NCBI GenBank assembly: GCA_964632485.1
Contig: CAZWDO010000008.1
Location: 1-64,000 of the forward strand
Reading direction: 5' to 3'
Origin: an uncultured bacterium
Lineage (GTDB): Bacteria; JAGOEH01
DNA: 64,000 nucleotides
Part shown: one piece after another, positions 7,686 through 19,337 of the stretch
Position numbering within the stretch: the stretch's first letter is position 1
Layout of the letters: the number at the start of each line of letters is the position of its first letter
Made by a program: the position numbers and the translations under genes
Notes under the pieces: model-generated
Told to the model about the DNA's origin: nothing
Database searches by the model: none
The model's input: only the letters and a program-made list of their open reading frames with translations

Positions 7686-7846
7686 TGTTTTAACTATAAC
7701 GCGCGCCTTTTTATCTGTTAAAACGACGCTATTTCTCCCTATACGAAATGTTATGGTGCATGGATGACTTATCCAAGGAGCCTATCGGAGTTTTTTTGAT
7801 CCTCTTACCCGGAAATTTTCCGGTCTTAATCGGCTTATTTGCAGCT

Positions 7847-10800
7847 TTAATCGGCCGGATCGCTGTTCATTTTTCTGGTTTGCAATTCGACGAGCTGATG
7901 TTCCCGCAGGGTCTGCAGATCATGTTGGGTTGCAATGACGGGATGGATGGAATGCCCGGTGGGAATAACCCCGACCCAGGTATCGCGGCCCGAGTTTTTA
8001 GCAATATAGAGCGCTTCATCGGCAATGTTCACGACTTGTTCCCAGTTCATTAATGTGAGATTGGCCGGGAAGAAGGGGAAAATTGCATAACCGATGGAAC
8101 AGGTCTGCTTGAGAATCTCCCCGTCGGGAAGTTCGAATGGATGGGCCGAGACGGTGGATCGAATCCGTTCTGCAAATGCCGCCGATTGGGAAAGCGTCGA
8201 GGGATGAGTGGTTACAAGAAACTCTTCACCCCCCCAACGTACGATCGTATCTGATTCACGGCATAGGGACGTCAATATATTCGATAGCTGGATGAGCACC
8301 TGATCCCCGGCAAGATGGCCATAGGTATCGTTGATCCGTTTGAAAAAATCCAAATCAATCATCAGGAAAAGTAAGCCCGTATGCGCTACGGATGACTCCT
8401 GTCCTGTATGCTGGGCATAATCCCGCAGAACCCGCGCTATTTCCTTGTCAATAGTCTGTTGAAGATAACGCCGGTTGCGTAATCCAGTCAGCGGATCGGT
8501 GAGGCTGATTTCCTCTAATTTGCGGTTAGCCTGGGTCAGTTCATTGTTCAGATGTCGTTGTTTTTCCAGCAGAAGCGCTTTTCCAACGGCCGAAATCGCG
8601 TGGCCGCGAAATCGTTTCAGCATGGCGAAATCGGATTGATTGAACAACTCTCTTTTTTGAAAATTTTCAAAAATTAAAAATCCCGTCAAATTCTGGTCGA
8701 TTTCAATAGTCATATAGAGTACCGATTGAGGTCCCGGGAGTTTTGTCTCACGCCAATGAGCGTTTAATGCGGTGAGCGAGTGGACTACGAAAACACCTTC
8801 GTCCACCTGCATCGATTCGGCGGCATATACCTGGATAATTTCATCATAGCTGAGATTGTATGGGTTATGATCAGCGATATCCAATCCGGCGCTGTCGAAA
8901 ATTCGAAATCTATCTTCCAGTTGCTCCCGCTGTAAGAATATACAGCGTTGGGCTTGCGGGAAAATAATCAGCCCTTTGTCAACTAAGGCTCGGATTACGT
9001 TTGGATATTCAATTTCCTGATTGATCAGCCGGATAATGCTGTTGAGGGTTTCCAGTTCCTGGTTGCGTTCATTGAGCGCCAGTGTGCGTTGTTCAACTTT
9101 TAATTCCAGATTGCGATTGATATCTAATAATTCCAGGTGGGTTTTGACGCGCGAAACCAATTCGTTCTTCGAAATGGGTTTACTAATAAAGTCATTGGCG
9201 CCGAGACTGAACCCTTCAACGATATCGGAAACCTGGTTTTTAGCTGTTAAAAAAATGATGGGCAGTTCATACATGGAGTGTTTTTTTCTGATTTTTTGAG
9301 TAACCTCAAATCCCGATATTTTCGGCATCATGATATCCAATAAAATGAGGTCGAAACGGGTATCCGATTCAAGGTAATCAAGAGCTTCCTGTCCATTCAC
9401 CGCTTCGTAGATATTATAGTTTTGCATCGATAGAAAATTAAGCAGGACTTGACGATTGACCGCTTCGTCATCGACGATCAGCACATTGAAGTCGGCTTTC
9501 TTTATGGCTGAGGCAGGATTTTGGTTCGGCAGGGCAGTCAGACTCTCTAATATCGGCTCGGGAAGCAGATTGACGGTTTCATAGCGTACTGAAAGTGAAT
9601 CCAGGGGTTCGGCCGAAAGGGAGAGAGTAAAGGTGAACGTTGAACCGCGGTTAAGTTCCGATTCGACCCTGATTTCCCCTTTATGAAGTTCCACTAACTG
9701 TTTGGTGATCGTCAATCCCAGTCCAGTGCCGCCGTAGAGTCGGGTCGTATCGCCTTCTGCCTGTTCAAACGATAGAAAAATGCGCTGAAATTTGTCCGGG
9801 GCAATGCCGATACCTGTATCACTGATGTGAATTAAGGCGCGTTGACCTTCTGTTTCAGCGCTGATTGTAACTCTGCCGCTATCGGTGAATTTGATGGCAT
9901 TGCCAATCAGGTTGAAGAGAATTTGCTGAAGTCGTTCTTCATCGGCTTCCACCGGGGGAAAATCATGGCTGATTTGATTGATAAATTCAATTTCTTTTTT
10001 TCCCGCCAAGGGTTTGGAAAGGTTCAGAATCACTTCGGCCAGCGAATGTAAATCGATTGGACGTAATTTCAGAATCATACCGCGGTTTTTCAGTTTGGAA
10101 AAATCGAGAATATCGTTAACCAGTCCGGCCAATCGTCTGGCGCTGGATACGACCATCGCCAGATTCTTGCGGGTCAGATTGTTTAATTCTCCCGCCACTC
10201 CTTCCATCAGCGATTCGGCTATTCCGATGATTCCGTTGAGCGGCGTACGCAGTTCATGCGAGGTATTGGCCAAAAATTCATCCTTCATTTGATCCAATTG
10301 TTTAAGCCGTTTGGTTACTTCCTTTTCTCGTTCCAATTCTTTTTGTTTAAGCGCGACCTTGCGTTTCTGTGAACGGATAAAGAGAAGCGCCGCGCCCAGC
10401 AGGGAAATAACATAAGAGGTGTATGCCCACCAGGTTTTCCAGGGCGGCGGCGTTATTATAATACTTAGAGCGGTTCCGGATTGATTCCATATCTGGTCAT
10501 TGTTTGACGCTTTAACCCGAAAAGTGTAAACACCCGCCGGTAGATTGGTATAAGTGGCATAGCGACGCTGAGCATCGGTATAGTTCCATTCTTTATCAAA
10601 ACCTTCCAGCTTATAAGCATAGCGGTTTTTAGCGGGAGAAACGTAATCCAGAGCGGCGAAACTGAACGCGATGACGTACTCCTGATAGCTGAGTTTCAGT
10701 ATGGATGTATAGTCGATGGTACGCGTCAGGAGTGTTCCATTGGCAGAGGGGAAAACAGGTTCGTTGAACAGCCGGAACTCGGTCAGCGCTACCGGTGGGA

Positions 10801-12920
10801 TATTCTGATTTTCCCGGATAGTGTCCGGGTGAAAGCAGTTGAATCCATTAATTCCGCCAAAAAAGAACCAGCCCTTCTCATTTTTGTAATAGGCGCCGTT
10901 ATTGAATTCCGCGCTTTGCAAACCGTCCGCGAGGTCATAGCATCTAAATTCATTTGTTTCGGGATTGAAGCGGCAGATGCCGTTGTTGGTGCTCATCCAT
11001 AGAAACCCGTGGCTGTCTTCCAGTATGCCATAAACCACATCATTCGGTAACCCCTCTTGAGTAGTGAAATGCTGGAATGTTTCGGCGATTGGATCGAAAA
11101 GCGCAAATCCGCTGCCGGCAGTTCCGATCCATAACCGCTTCCGGCTATCTTCCATAATCGAGGTAACATTCTGGTCACGCAGGCTGTGTGGATTTTGAGG
11201 GTCGGGACGATAATGGATGAAATCGCCCGTGGAACGGTCCATCTTGTTCAGCCCGCCCCCCCAGGTAACGACCCAGAAATTGCCATGGCGATCGTCCAGC
11301 ATGTCGCGCACATCGTTGAAACTGATACTGCGCGGATTATGCATCTCATTCTGATAGCGGATGAAACGTCCGGTTGTGGGATCAAATCGGTTGAGGCCTC
11401 CGCGAAAGGTTCCGACCCAGATGGCGCCGCCGCGGTCCTCATAAATGGATCGGATTTGGGGATGGCTGAGTGAATAAGGATTTTCCGGATCATGGCGATA
11501 GGTCTTAAAAACCAGTTTCGGGCGAGATTCTCTCTGCCCGGGAAGTTGTATGATCTCTACCAGCCCTTCGTAGCTCCCGGCCCACAGGCGTCCTTTAGAG
11601 TCACGCAACATAGCTCGGATATCATTGCTGGGAATAGTTCGTGGATCGTTCGGATCATTGAGATAATGGTAAAAACGATTTTCCCGACAGTCGTAAAGAT
11701 TCAACCCCCCGCGTTCGGTACCGATCCACAGCAGATCGGACGAATCCTGCAGGAAACAGCGGACCGAATTAATATTCAGGCTGTTGGGATTGGTGGGGTT
11801 GCGCTGGAATAAGTTGAATTTGATGTTTTTATAATTNNNNNNNNNNGTACTTGCTGATACCCGTCAGAGAAGTTCCGACCCAGATAATCCCGGATCGGTC
11901 TTCTAAAATAGATAAAATTTGGTCGCCGCTGATGCTGCTGAGGTTGGTCGGGCAGTGCCGGTAATGGTGAAATAGTCCCGTGGCTGGATCATACCGGTCC
12001 AGTCCGCCGCCGAAAGTGCCCAACCATAATTGACCGCTCCGGTCTTTCAGAATACGATACGCATCATTATTGGCAATACTGTTCGGATTGTCCGGTTCGT
12101 TTTGCCATATTTGGGCCGTATCTGCCGCAAGGTTGTAACGGATCAATCCCTGGCCAAGAGTGCCCACCCATAGATTTCCATCGTCGTCTTCCAGAAGGCT
12201 TGAGATTCGGCTGATATCCACGCGCGTTGCGCCGCTTTTTATTGATTGATAATGGGTGATCGTTGAGCGGGATGTATCAAATTTGTTCAGGCCTCCCGTA
12301 TATGTGCCAACCCAAAGGTTATGCGCGCGATCTTCGATTATCGAGCGGATTTTATTATCACTGATTGAGTTTGCATTATCGGGCTGATGAAAATAATGGG
12401 TGAATGTACCGGTTTCCCGGTTGAAACGGTTCAATCCGGAGTCGAAACTACCCACCCAGATGGCGCCGGTATGATCTTCCAACAGGTTACTGCCGATGTC
12501 ATGGCTGATGGATAGTGAATCGTCCGGATTATGCCGGAAAGATGTAAAGGTTTCCGTGGTGGGATCGAAACAATTCAATCCGCCCCCATAGGTCATGATC
12601 CAGAGTTGGCCCAGATGATCTTCAATTATTGTTGTGGTAAAACTATGGCTGATGCTGTTGGGATTATTCGGTTCGTGGCGGTAGATTTTGAACTGATATC
12701 CGTCATAGCGGTTCAGTCCATCCTGGGTGCAAATCCATAAAAAGCCCCGACTATCTTGAAATAGGTCCATGATCGATCCTTGCGAAAGCCCATGTTCGAT
12801 TGTAATCCGTTCAAAGCGTAAGTTGTCCGCATGAGTCAACGGGCCTGCGGATATCCATAAGGCCATGATAGGGATCAGGGTTCCCCAGGTGAAAAAACGA
12901 TGTAAGGAGTGTTTTTTCAT
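7847..12920 (-). CDS. Hybrid sensor: periplasmic Reg_prop propellers, Y_Y_Y, TM, HisKA/HATPase, REC, GAF-like and GGDEF domains (one gene crossing an assembly gap)
   Basis: Repeated D..G.LWxGT..GGL motifs on both sides of the N gap, with the frame open from the gap to 7847; YTNLPAGVYTFRVKA; SHELRTPLNG; NLIGNAIKFT; GGTGLGL; LLDIMMP; RESDTIVRWGGEEF. Confidence 0.85.
11837..11846. other. Assembly gap (10 N)
   Basis: Run of N splitting the hybrid sensor ORF. Confidence 0.99.
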
Positions 12921-13110
12921 AAAAATGTTACTTTCGACATTCGAGTGTAATTTTTTTTGCGGCAATCATTGCATGGCGAGTATTCAGATTCACAGAACTG
13001 GCGCTGATTCGTTTTTTTCATACGTGTTTCAGCGCTGCTTGACGCTAAGGCGCGCCACCGGACGTGTTGCGTGGGCCTGCTCTCCGGGCCGGTTTCGGCA
13101 GTTCATAATA

Positions 13111-15783
13111 TTATGAAAAATTAATAGATATTTTCGCATAGATGTAGCGGCCGTTGTAGCCGAAGGGCGAGAAGAAATTATAGACGAAAATTCCGTTAAA
13201 GCTTAAATCCTGGCGAATTTTATCGGGATAGACATCGAACAGGTTTACGGCGCCGAGGGATAGCTTGATGCGCGATTGGAAGGTGTAGCTCAGATCCGTA
13301 TCGGTGGTCCATTTCGCAGCAAAAGTCTGGTCGAATTCTTCTTTGGAGGGGTGGACGCTGGTCACTTCACCGAAACGGATGGCGCGTATCATCAGGGCAA
13401 ACGGTCGGTAATCGTAATTCAGCATCAGATTGACGGTGTTGCGGGGCTGGCCTTTTTCGATGCGGCCTTGTTCCCGTCTTCCGAAAAGGGTTTGCGCCGC
13501 GCCGGAAATAGTGGCGAGTTCAGGGGGTGTAGGAGCGATTTGAGTCACTGTGGTATGGGTGAAATTGTACCCGCCGGTGAATTTAATGCGGCCCAGTTTA
13601 TGAAAATCCAGGGCATATCGCAGCACCAGGTCCCCGCCTTCGGTGCGGGTATCAATGGCATTGGTGAAGTATCGGCCGCCATTGACGCCTTCGATGCCGT
13701 GCGTCTCCAGAATTTCACGGATTCCGCTACCCACGAAATTGTCCGAAAACACGATGCGGTCATCGATTGTAATATGATAATAATCAAAGGACAATGAGAA
13801 ATTGGCAATCGGTTGCAGGATGAATCCCCCGCTAAGGGATATCGATTTTTCAGCTTTCAGATCGCTGGCGCCGAGGGCTTGAGCGGCTGGATGGCTGACG
13901 GGAAAGGTTTTGACTTCAAACGGTAAGAGCAGGCCGTCAACGCCGATGAAGGCGGTGGAAGTGGTGGAGTACCAGGACTGGGCTAATGAGGGCGCGCGAA
14001 ATCCGCTGTTGAATGCGCCACGCAAGGCCAAACCCGGGATAGGTTCGTAGCGGGCGGCGATTTTCCCGTCGAGATTCGATCCGAAATCAGTGTAATGCTC
14101 GAATCGACCGGCAGCGCCAATGAGCAGGTTTTTCAATACAGAAGTCTCTAAATCGACGAATAGCCCAATATTTTGGCGCGATTCATCGACATTATCACTG
14201 GATGTGAATCCGGGAAATCCCTGCGAGCCGACTGCGGCAAGGCTACCCTGGCTGGGTCCGTCGAGTACCGCAATCCAGCCGTTTTGATATGATGCCGCTT
14301 CCCCGGCTTCGATCCAATAATTTTCAACGCGCCATTCGGCTCCCATAGCCATACTGACCGGATCTGGCAAACCCAGGGGGATCGACCGGAAAAAGCTGAG
14401 ATTGGCGATGATCTGTCGGAAATTGAGTGATCCGCAATCGAATTCCGTGGGACTCTGCGCCCCGAACGATGTGTTCAGGCTGTTATCAACGCCAAAAGCA
14501 AAGCCATTTTGTCCCATACCGAAACTGAGGTCCCAAAACCAATTCCTGATGATCCCTTCCAGTCCGCCCATAATGGAGAAATCAGTAACTGTTGACTGGA
14601 TCAGGGGTAAAAACCCGTCGGGATAGATTTCGCGTACATTAGCGTTATCTAACGAGCGACGGTACATGGCGCCGGCTTCGCCGTTGCGCCGGGAGAATCC
14701 CTCGTAAAGATAGAGGCGGTTATTGGCGCCGAATTTATAGGAACTATTGATAAACATGCCCAGGTTCTGGTAATCCGCATCGCCGATCCGGTGGTTGAGA
14801 CTGTCGAAAGTCAGCTCACGCGGATCAGGAGACCCGTCGGCGAGGGTAAGGTATTGTTGACGCGGGTCTTTACCGGCGCGGTTGGTCGGGCCGCGATCCC
14901 TGAACTCGGCGCTGAAATGGATAAATCCTTTATTGCCGAGTTGCCGGCCATAATTGGCGCTGCCCAGAAAAGTTTTGCCGTCGCCTTCGGCGGTTTGACC
15001 CGCGCTGCTGATTAATTCAAGGGTTGCGTCGGAACGCAGGATGATATTGATCACGCCCGCAATCGCGTCCGAACCGTATTGAGCCGCGGCGCCGTCGCGC
15101 AGGATTTCAATCCGTTCGATGGCATTGGCCGGAATGGCATTGAGATCGGTTCCAGTGGAACCTCGGCCAACGGTGGCGTTGACGTTCACCAGCGCGCTGG
15201 TGTGGCGCCGCTTGCCATTCACCAACACTAATACCTGGTCCGGTCCCATTCCGCGCAACATCGACGGCCGTACATGATCCGTGCCGTCACCCAGCGTCGG
15301 GCGCGGATTGTTGAACGAAGGCGCCAGCATCTGTATAATTTCACTCACTTCGGTTAGTCCGGTTTGTTCAATATCCGCCGCCGTGAAAACATCGATGGGT
15401 ACTGGAGTTTCCGCAACCGTGCGGTCAATCCGCCGGGAACCGACGACCACGGCTTCCTGCATCCCGATTAGATTCTCCGTCATGGGAATCGCTATAGTTG
15501 TTTTTTGGCCGGAACTGATGGCTATGGGCTGATCGGTAGGATTATAGCCCATAAAATACGCCCGGATTATATACTCCCCCTGGGGCAGACTTAGCTCAAA
15601 TGCCCCGGCTTTATCTGAAATTGTTCCCCAGCGGGAATCAATCACCACTATATTGGCGCCGATCATGGGTTGCCCTGTATGAGCGTCCCGCACTGTCCCC
15701 TGAATTATGCCTTTTTCTGCGGCCTGTATTGAAAATAATGCGGCGGTGAGTATTATGATCACTCCGGGCCAAATTGATCTCAT
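13111..15783 (-). CDS. TonB-dependent receptor with N-terminal carboxypeptidase-regulatory-like domain
   Basis: Signal peptide; LRGMGPDQVLVLVNGKRRH and IERIEILRDGAAAQYGSDAIAGVINII plug motifs; GFRAPSL; NLFDVYPD; SD AGGAG. Confidence 0.92.
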   Translation of the reverse strand: MRSIWPGVIIILTAALFSIQAAEKGIIQGTVRDAHTGQPMIGANIVVIDSRWGTISDKAGAFELSLPQGEYIIRAYFMGYNPTDQPIAISSGQKTTIAIPMTENLIGMQEAVVVGSRRIDRTVAETPVPIDVFTAADIEQTGLTEVSEIIQMLAPSFNNPRPTLGDGTDHVRPSMLRGMGPDQVLVLVNGKRRHTSALVNVNATVGRGSTGTDLNAIPANAIERIEILRDGAAAQYGSDAIAGVINIILRSDATLELISSAGQTAEGDGKTFLGSANYGRQLGNKGFIHFSAEFRDRGPTNRAGKDPRQQYLTLADGSPDPRELTFDSLNHRIGDADYQNLGMFINSSYKFGANNRLYLYEGFSRRNGEAGAMYRRSLDNANVREIYPDGFLPLIQSTVTDFSIMGGLEGIIRNWFWDLSFGMGQNGFAFGVDNSLNTSFGAQSPTEFDCGSLNFRQIIANLSFFRSIPLGLPDPVSMAMGAEWRVENYWIEAGEAASYQNGWIAVLDGPSQGSLAAVGSQGFPGFTSSDNVDESRQNIGLFVDLETSVLKNLLIGAAGRFEHYTDFGSNLDGKIAARYEPIPGLALRGAFNSGFRAPSLAQSWYSTTSTAFIGVDGLLLPFEVKTFPVSHPAAQALGASDLKAEKSISLSGGFILQPIANFSLSFDYYHITIDDRIVFSDNFVGSGIREILETHGIEGVNGGRYFTNAIDTRTEGGDLVLRYALDFHKLGRIKFTGGYNFTHTTVTQIAPTPPELATISGAAQTLFGRREQGRIEKGQPRNTVNLMLNYDYRPFALMIRAIRFGEVTSVHPSKEEFDQTFAAKWTTDTDLSYTFQSRIKLSLGAVNLFDVYPDKIRQDLSFNGIFVYNFFSPFGYNGRYIYAKISINFS

Positions 15784-16288
15784 AGATATGCTCCTTATTT
15801 GATTTTAGATAGCCAAAGTTTAAATTACTTAGCTTTGTTTTAAAGTCTCAGTATTGATCTTTTATAATCGGTTTACCATACATTTTACTCCGGCCAGCAT
15901 CGAATTTGTTTTCGCGGCCATACACTGTTATTTTACTGACAAATCGAAGCAAACCCACGGGGAACATTAGCGGTAAAACCGATAATCGGGCGCTATTCTA
16001 ATAATATAAAAAAAAATGCCCGGAGTCAAGTATAAAATTAATTTAACCGTTTTTTACTGATTCTGCAGCTCTATTTTATTTTCCCTGAAAACACTGTATA
16101 AGTTGATCTATGGTAAACAAATCGATAAAGAAATAAAACGAGTTGTGAAAATTGTTACTATTAATAGCAATGCGAGATTTATGAAAAATTTTTAAGTTTT
16201 TTAAAAACTTGACAATTTTCAGTTTGCGGAGTTATATTAATGTTAGAAACAGACACTATATAAAGGCAATCCCTAAAAAGGAGCAAAG

Positions 16289-17684
16289 ATGAAACACATT
16301 ATTTTTATAGTGATGTGGAGCGCGTTTGTGTGGGTAATCGGCCCGGAAGCGNNNNNNNNNNGCGCAAACTCGGCCGATGCGGACAGAAGAAGCGCTGACG
16401 CCGGTTATCGGCGCTGAAATTGATTCGCTCGAACGTAACCGGTATGGCCTGTTTCCCGATATTCAGTGTTTTAAAAAGGCGGTTTTTTATCGCTTGAAGG
16501 ATGGCCGCTACGAAGTTGAGTATTATTTTTTGAATTCGGCGGGGGAGATGGAAAACCGGCGAAGCCTGATGGACGAGGAATCACTTGAACAAACACGCCG
16601 CCATATCGCCCTGGGAGATCGGTATCTGGACTTGACACATGATACCCGGAGGGATAGCGTTCAGGAACCGCGGACGATATATAAACTGGGTCTGCGTTAT
16701 GCCTTTCGCAACCAGTATCAAACCGCATTAATGCTATTTCGTGATTTATCGGCTGAATTTTCGGAAAGTGAATAGGCGGCCGAATCGCGTGAATGGATTC
16801 CCCGGATTCAGGGTCTGCAAAAAAGCCGGCGGGGATTGTTCAAATCCGGCGCCTTGCGGGACCAACGCGGTCGGACTGAACTGCTGATTTTCAGCGGGTA
16901 TTATGGATTGTGGCTCGGTATTGCCACCCCGGTCGCCCTGGATGCGACTTTGCCTCAGGGTGTAGCCCTGGGATTGCTGCTGGGAGCGCCGGTTTCATTT
17001 GTTGCTGCCCGGCAATTGACCCGGGAAGCCGAAATGAGCAGGGGGCGTTCCATTATTATTCTTTTGGGAGGGTATTGGGGAACCTGGCAGGGGATTGGAT
17101 GGTCAATCGTCGCCAAACAGGAAGCCCGCTTTGCAGTGGGGATGGGTGAATTGCTGGGATTGGCCGGTGTGGGTTTGAGTAGCCTGTTGACGCGTGATCG
17201 GGTACCCTCGGAAGGCCATGCCGCTCTCACCAGCGCCGGTTTGGAATGGGGCGCCTGGTTTGGTGTGATCGGAGCGATTCTCGCTAAAGACGATTCTGAA
17301 GATAAAAATATGCTGCGGGATATGTTGATTGGCAGTAATCTCACGATTTTGGCCAATAGCTGGTTTTTCCGCCATACTCAAATGAGTCAAACGCGGGTCA
17401 GACTGATCAATCTGGCCGGGGTCGCCGGCGCGATTACCGGTTTCGGAGTGGACTTGCTATTCGAAATTTCTGATCTCCGTACGGTTTTTTCTATCGCCGG
17501 GACCGCCAGTGTTCTTGGATTGCTGGCCGGTAAGCGCTGGACCCGGAATTTTGACGCTCCCGAAGCGGTGGCGCGTATTTCGGCGGCGCGTAAAATTGAA
17601 CTGAGCCCCATGATCACCCTGCGATATGCGCGGAATACCGGAACAGACCCTACCCCCATGGCCGGTTTCCAGCTCAGTTTCTGA
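16289..17684 (+). pseudogene. Exported/membrane protein (TPR-like segment plus Gly-rich multi-TM region), crossing an N gap and interrupted by an in-frame TAG at 16773-16775
   Basis: SD AAGGAG and ATG 16289 with a signal-like N-terminus; ORFs 16377-16775 and 16836-17684 are in the same frame and the intervening codons are open (AAESREWIPRIQGLQKSRRG). Confidence 0.6.
16352..16361. other. Assembly gap (10 N)
   Basis: Run of N. Confidence 0.99.
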
Positions 17685-17840
17685 CGGTTTTTGTCCTATT
17701 GGGGACTGTTTTTATTAATAAAAAAAAATAACTTGACAAGAGATGCGATTGACCTTATATTGTCTCTAAAAAGAAACCGGATCATCCGGTTTTCGCAATT
17801 TTAACCAGAGTGGACGCTTTAACCCCTGTAAGGAGGCGCT

Positions 17841-18404
17841 ATGGATTTAGTATCACGCGCGAAACAGATACTGATGGACCCCAAGTCGGAATGGCAGGTT
17901 ATCAAATCTGAAGAAGCAACGGTCGGTAGTTTATTCACCCAATATGCGGTAATTTTGGCCGCAATTCCCCCCATTGCCGGTTTAATCGGTAATTCGTTTA
18001 TGCTGCATTTAGGCATGAATTTTGCCATACAAACCGCTGTGGTTCAATATGTGGTCAACTTGTTAGGCGTTTATGTCATGGCGTTTATTATCGATATCCT
18101 GGCTCCGAATTTTGGGTCCAATAAAGACATGGTAGCCAGTTTGAAAGTTGTTGTGTATGCCTATACCGCTTCCTGGGTGGGCGGTATTTTAATGATTGTT
18201 CCCGCCATCGGTTGGCTGGGTTCTTTAGCCGGAGGTATCTACTCGTTGTATCTGCTGTATTTAGGCTTGCAAAGCGTTAAAAATACCCCGCAGGATAAAC
18301 TGATGACTTACACGGTGGTATCCATCATTGCGGCCATCGTTGTTTCCATGGTGATTGGCGGTATTGTTGCCGCCGTGATTATCCGGCAGGCTTTTTTTAT
18401 GTAA
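17841..18404 (+). CDS. Yip1-family membrane protein
   Basis: RAKQILMDPKSEWQVI, LAAIP, ILAPNFG, VVYAYTASWV, YSLYLLYLGL; about 5 TM segments; SD AAGGAGG. Confidence 0.85.
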   Translation: MDLVSRAKQILMDPKSEWQVIKSEEATVGSLFTQYAVILAAIPPIAGLIGNSFMLHLGMNFAIQTAVVQYVVNLLGVYVMAFIIDILAPNFGSNKDMVASLKVVVYAYTASWVGGILMIVPAIGWLGSLAGGIYSLYLLYLGLQSVKNTPQDKLMTYTVVSIIAAIVVSMVIGGIVAAVIIRQAFFM

Positions 18405-18586
18405 ATGATGGAGTAGGTTTTTTTACAGCTCGCTGACCTTGAACTCTTTTATAAGTAAAAGATCGCGGCGCTATTGTTAAAGCGGTTTGAAATGTTCGCA
18501 TTCAAAAAAAGGAGGGTGCGGGAATTGAAATTAAATCGCCTAATATCAATTGTCATGGTGAATCTTTAACCTGAATGGAGAAAAAA

Positions 18587-19114
18587 ATGAAGAAAACCTT
18601 GTTCTTGATGTTGATTATCCTGGTTGCCTTAAGCTCGTTGATTTCTGCCAAGGGAATGCAAGTCGGCGGCGCTATTGGTTTATATCTGCCGACCGGCGAT
18701 GCCGGAGATGTTTTCGATCCGTCGATTGGACTGAATGGTTTATTTTTGTATGACTGGAAAGAAAAGATGCAGTTGGAAGGGCAGATCGGATTTTGGATGC
18801 TAAGCAACGGTACCGATTATAAAGGCTTCAGCGCTCGTTACATTCCGATTCTGGCTGGTATCCGTTATTTTCAGAGTCCCCAATTGCATTTCGATGGCGG
18901 CGCCGGTATTTATGCCTGGTCCTTTGAGTGGGATTTAGCTGATTATGGCTGGGGATTGGGTAAATATAGCGATTCCGGATCCGATATCGGTATCTATGGC
19001 GGCGCCGGCTATTTGCTGAACAATAAAATTGATCTTAATGCCCGTATCCATTTCCCGGATTTTGATGATTTCTTTTTAGGTGTAACCGTGGGTTATCTTT
19101 TCGATATCCAATAG
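18587..19114 (+). CDS. Small outer-membrane beta-barrel protein
   Basis: Signal peptide MKKTLF...ISA; amphipathic strands (YIPILAGIRY, GIYGGAGY, GVTVGYLF). Confidence 0.75.
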   Translation: MKKTLFLMLIILVALSSLISAKGMQVGGAIGLYLPTGDAGDVFDPSIGLNGLFLYDWKEKMQLEGQIGFWMLSNGTDYKGFSARYIPILAGIRYFQSPQLHFDGGAGIYAWSFEWDLADYGWGLGKYSDSGSDIGIYGGAGYLLNNKIDLNARIHFPDFDDFFLGVTVGYLFDIQ

Positions 19115-19204
19115 GTTCATTTTCCGTTTCTGTCGGCTTGTTTTGTCAGGTGAAGCGGACATACAGGATTCGTCCCTGTCATAAACCGGTTCACCGCGTA
19201 TCTG

Positions 19205-19243
19205 AAGACGCTCGAAAAAAAAATTTCGGGCGTCTTTTTTTTT
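19205..19243 (+). terminator. Intrinsic terminator between the OMP gene and cas6
   Basis: AAGACGCTCGAAA...TTTCGGGCGTCTT followed by a T-run. Confidence 0.8.
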
Positions 19244-19337
19244 CTTGATTTTTTTTAAATTCCGATTATATATTGATTGATGAATTGATGAGATTTTTCA
19301 GGCTCGGTTGAATCAGCATTCAGAAGGAGATCGCAAT

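Noticed and set aside
11829-12965. Separate 378-aa propeller gene
   Set aside because: Its end is created by the N gap; the same repeat pattern continues in an open frame on the other side.
15784-16030. Cobalamin, TPP or c-di-GMP riboswitch upstream of the TBDR
   Set aside because: The conserved cores are not recognisable on the coding strand.
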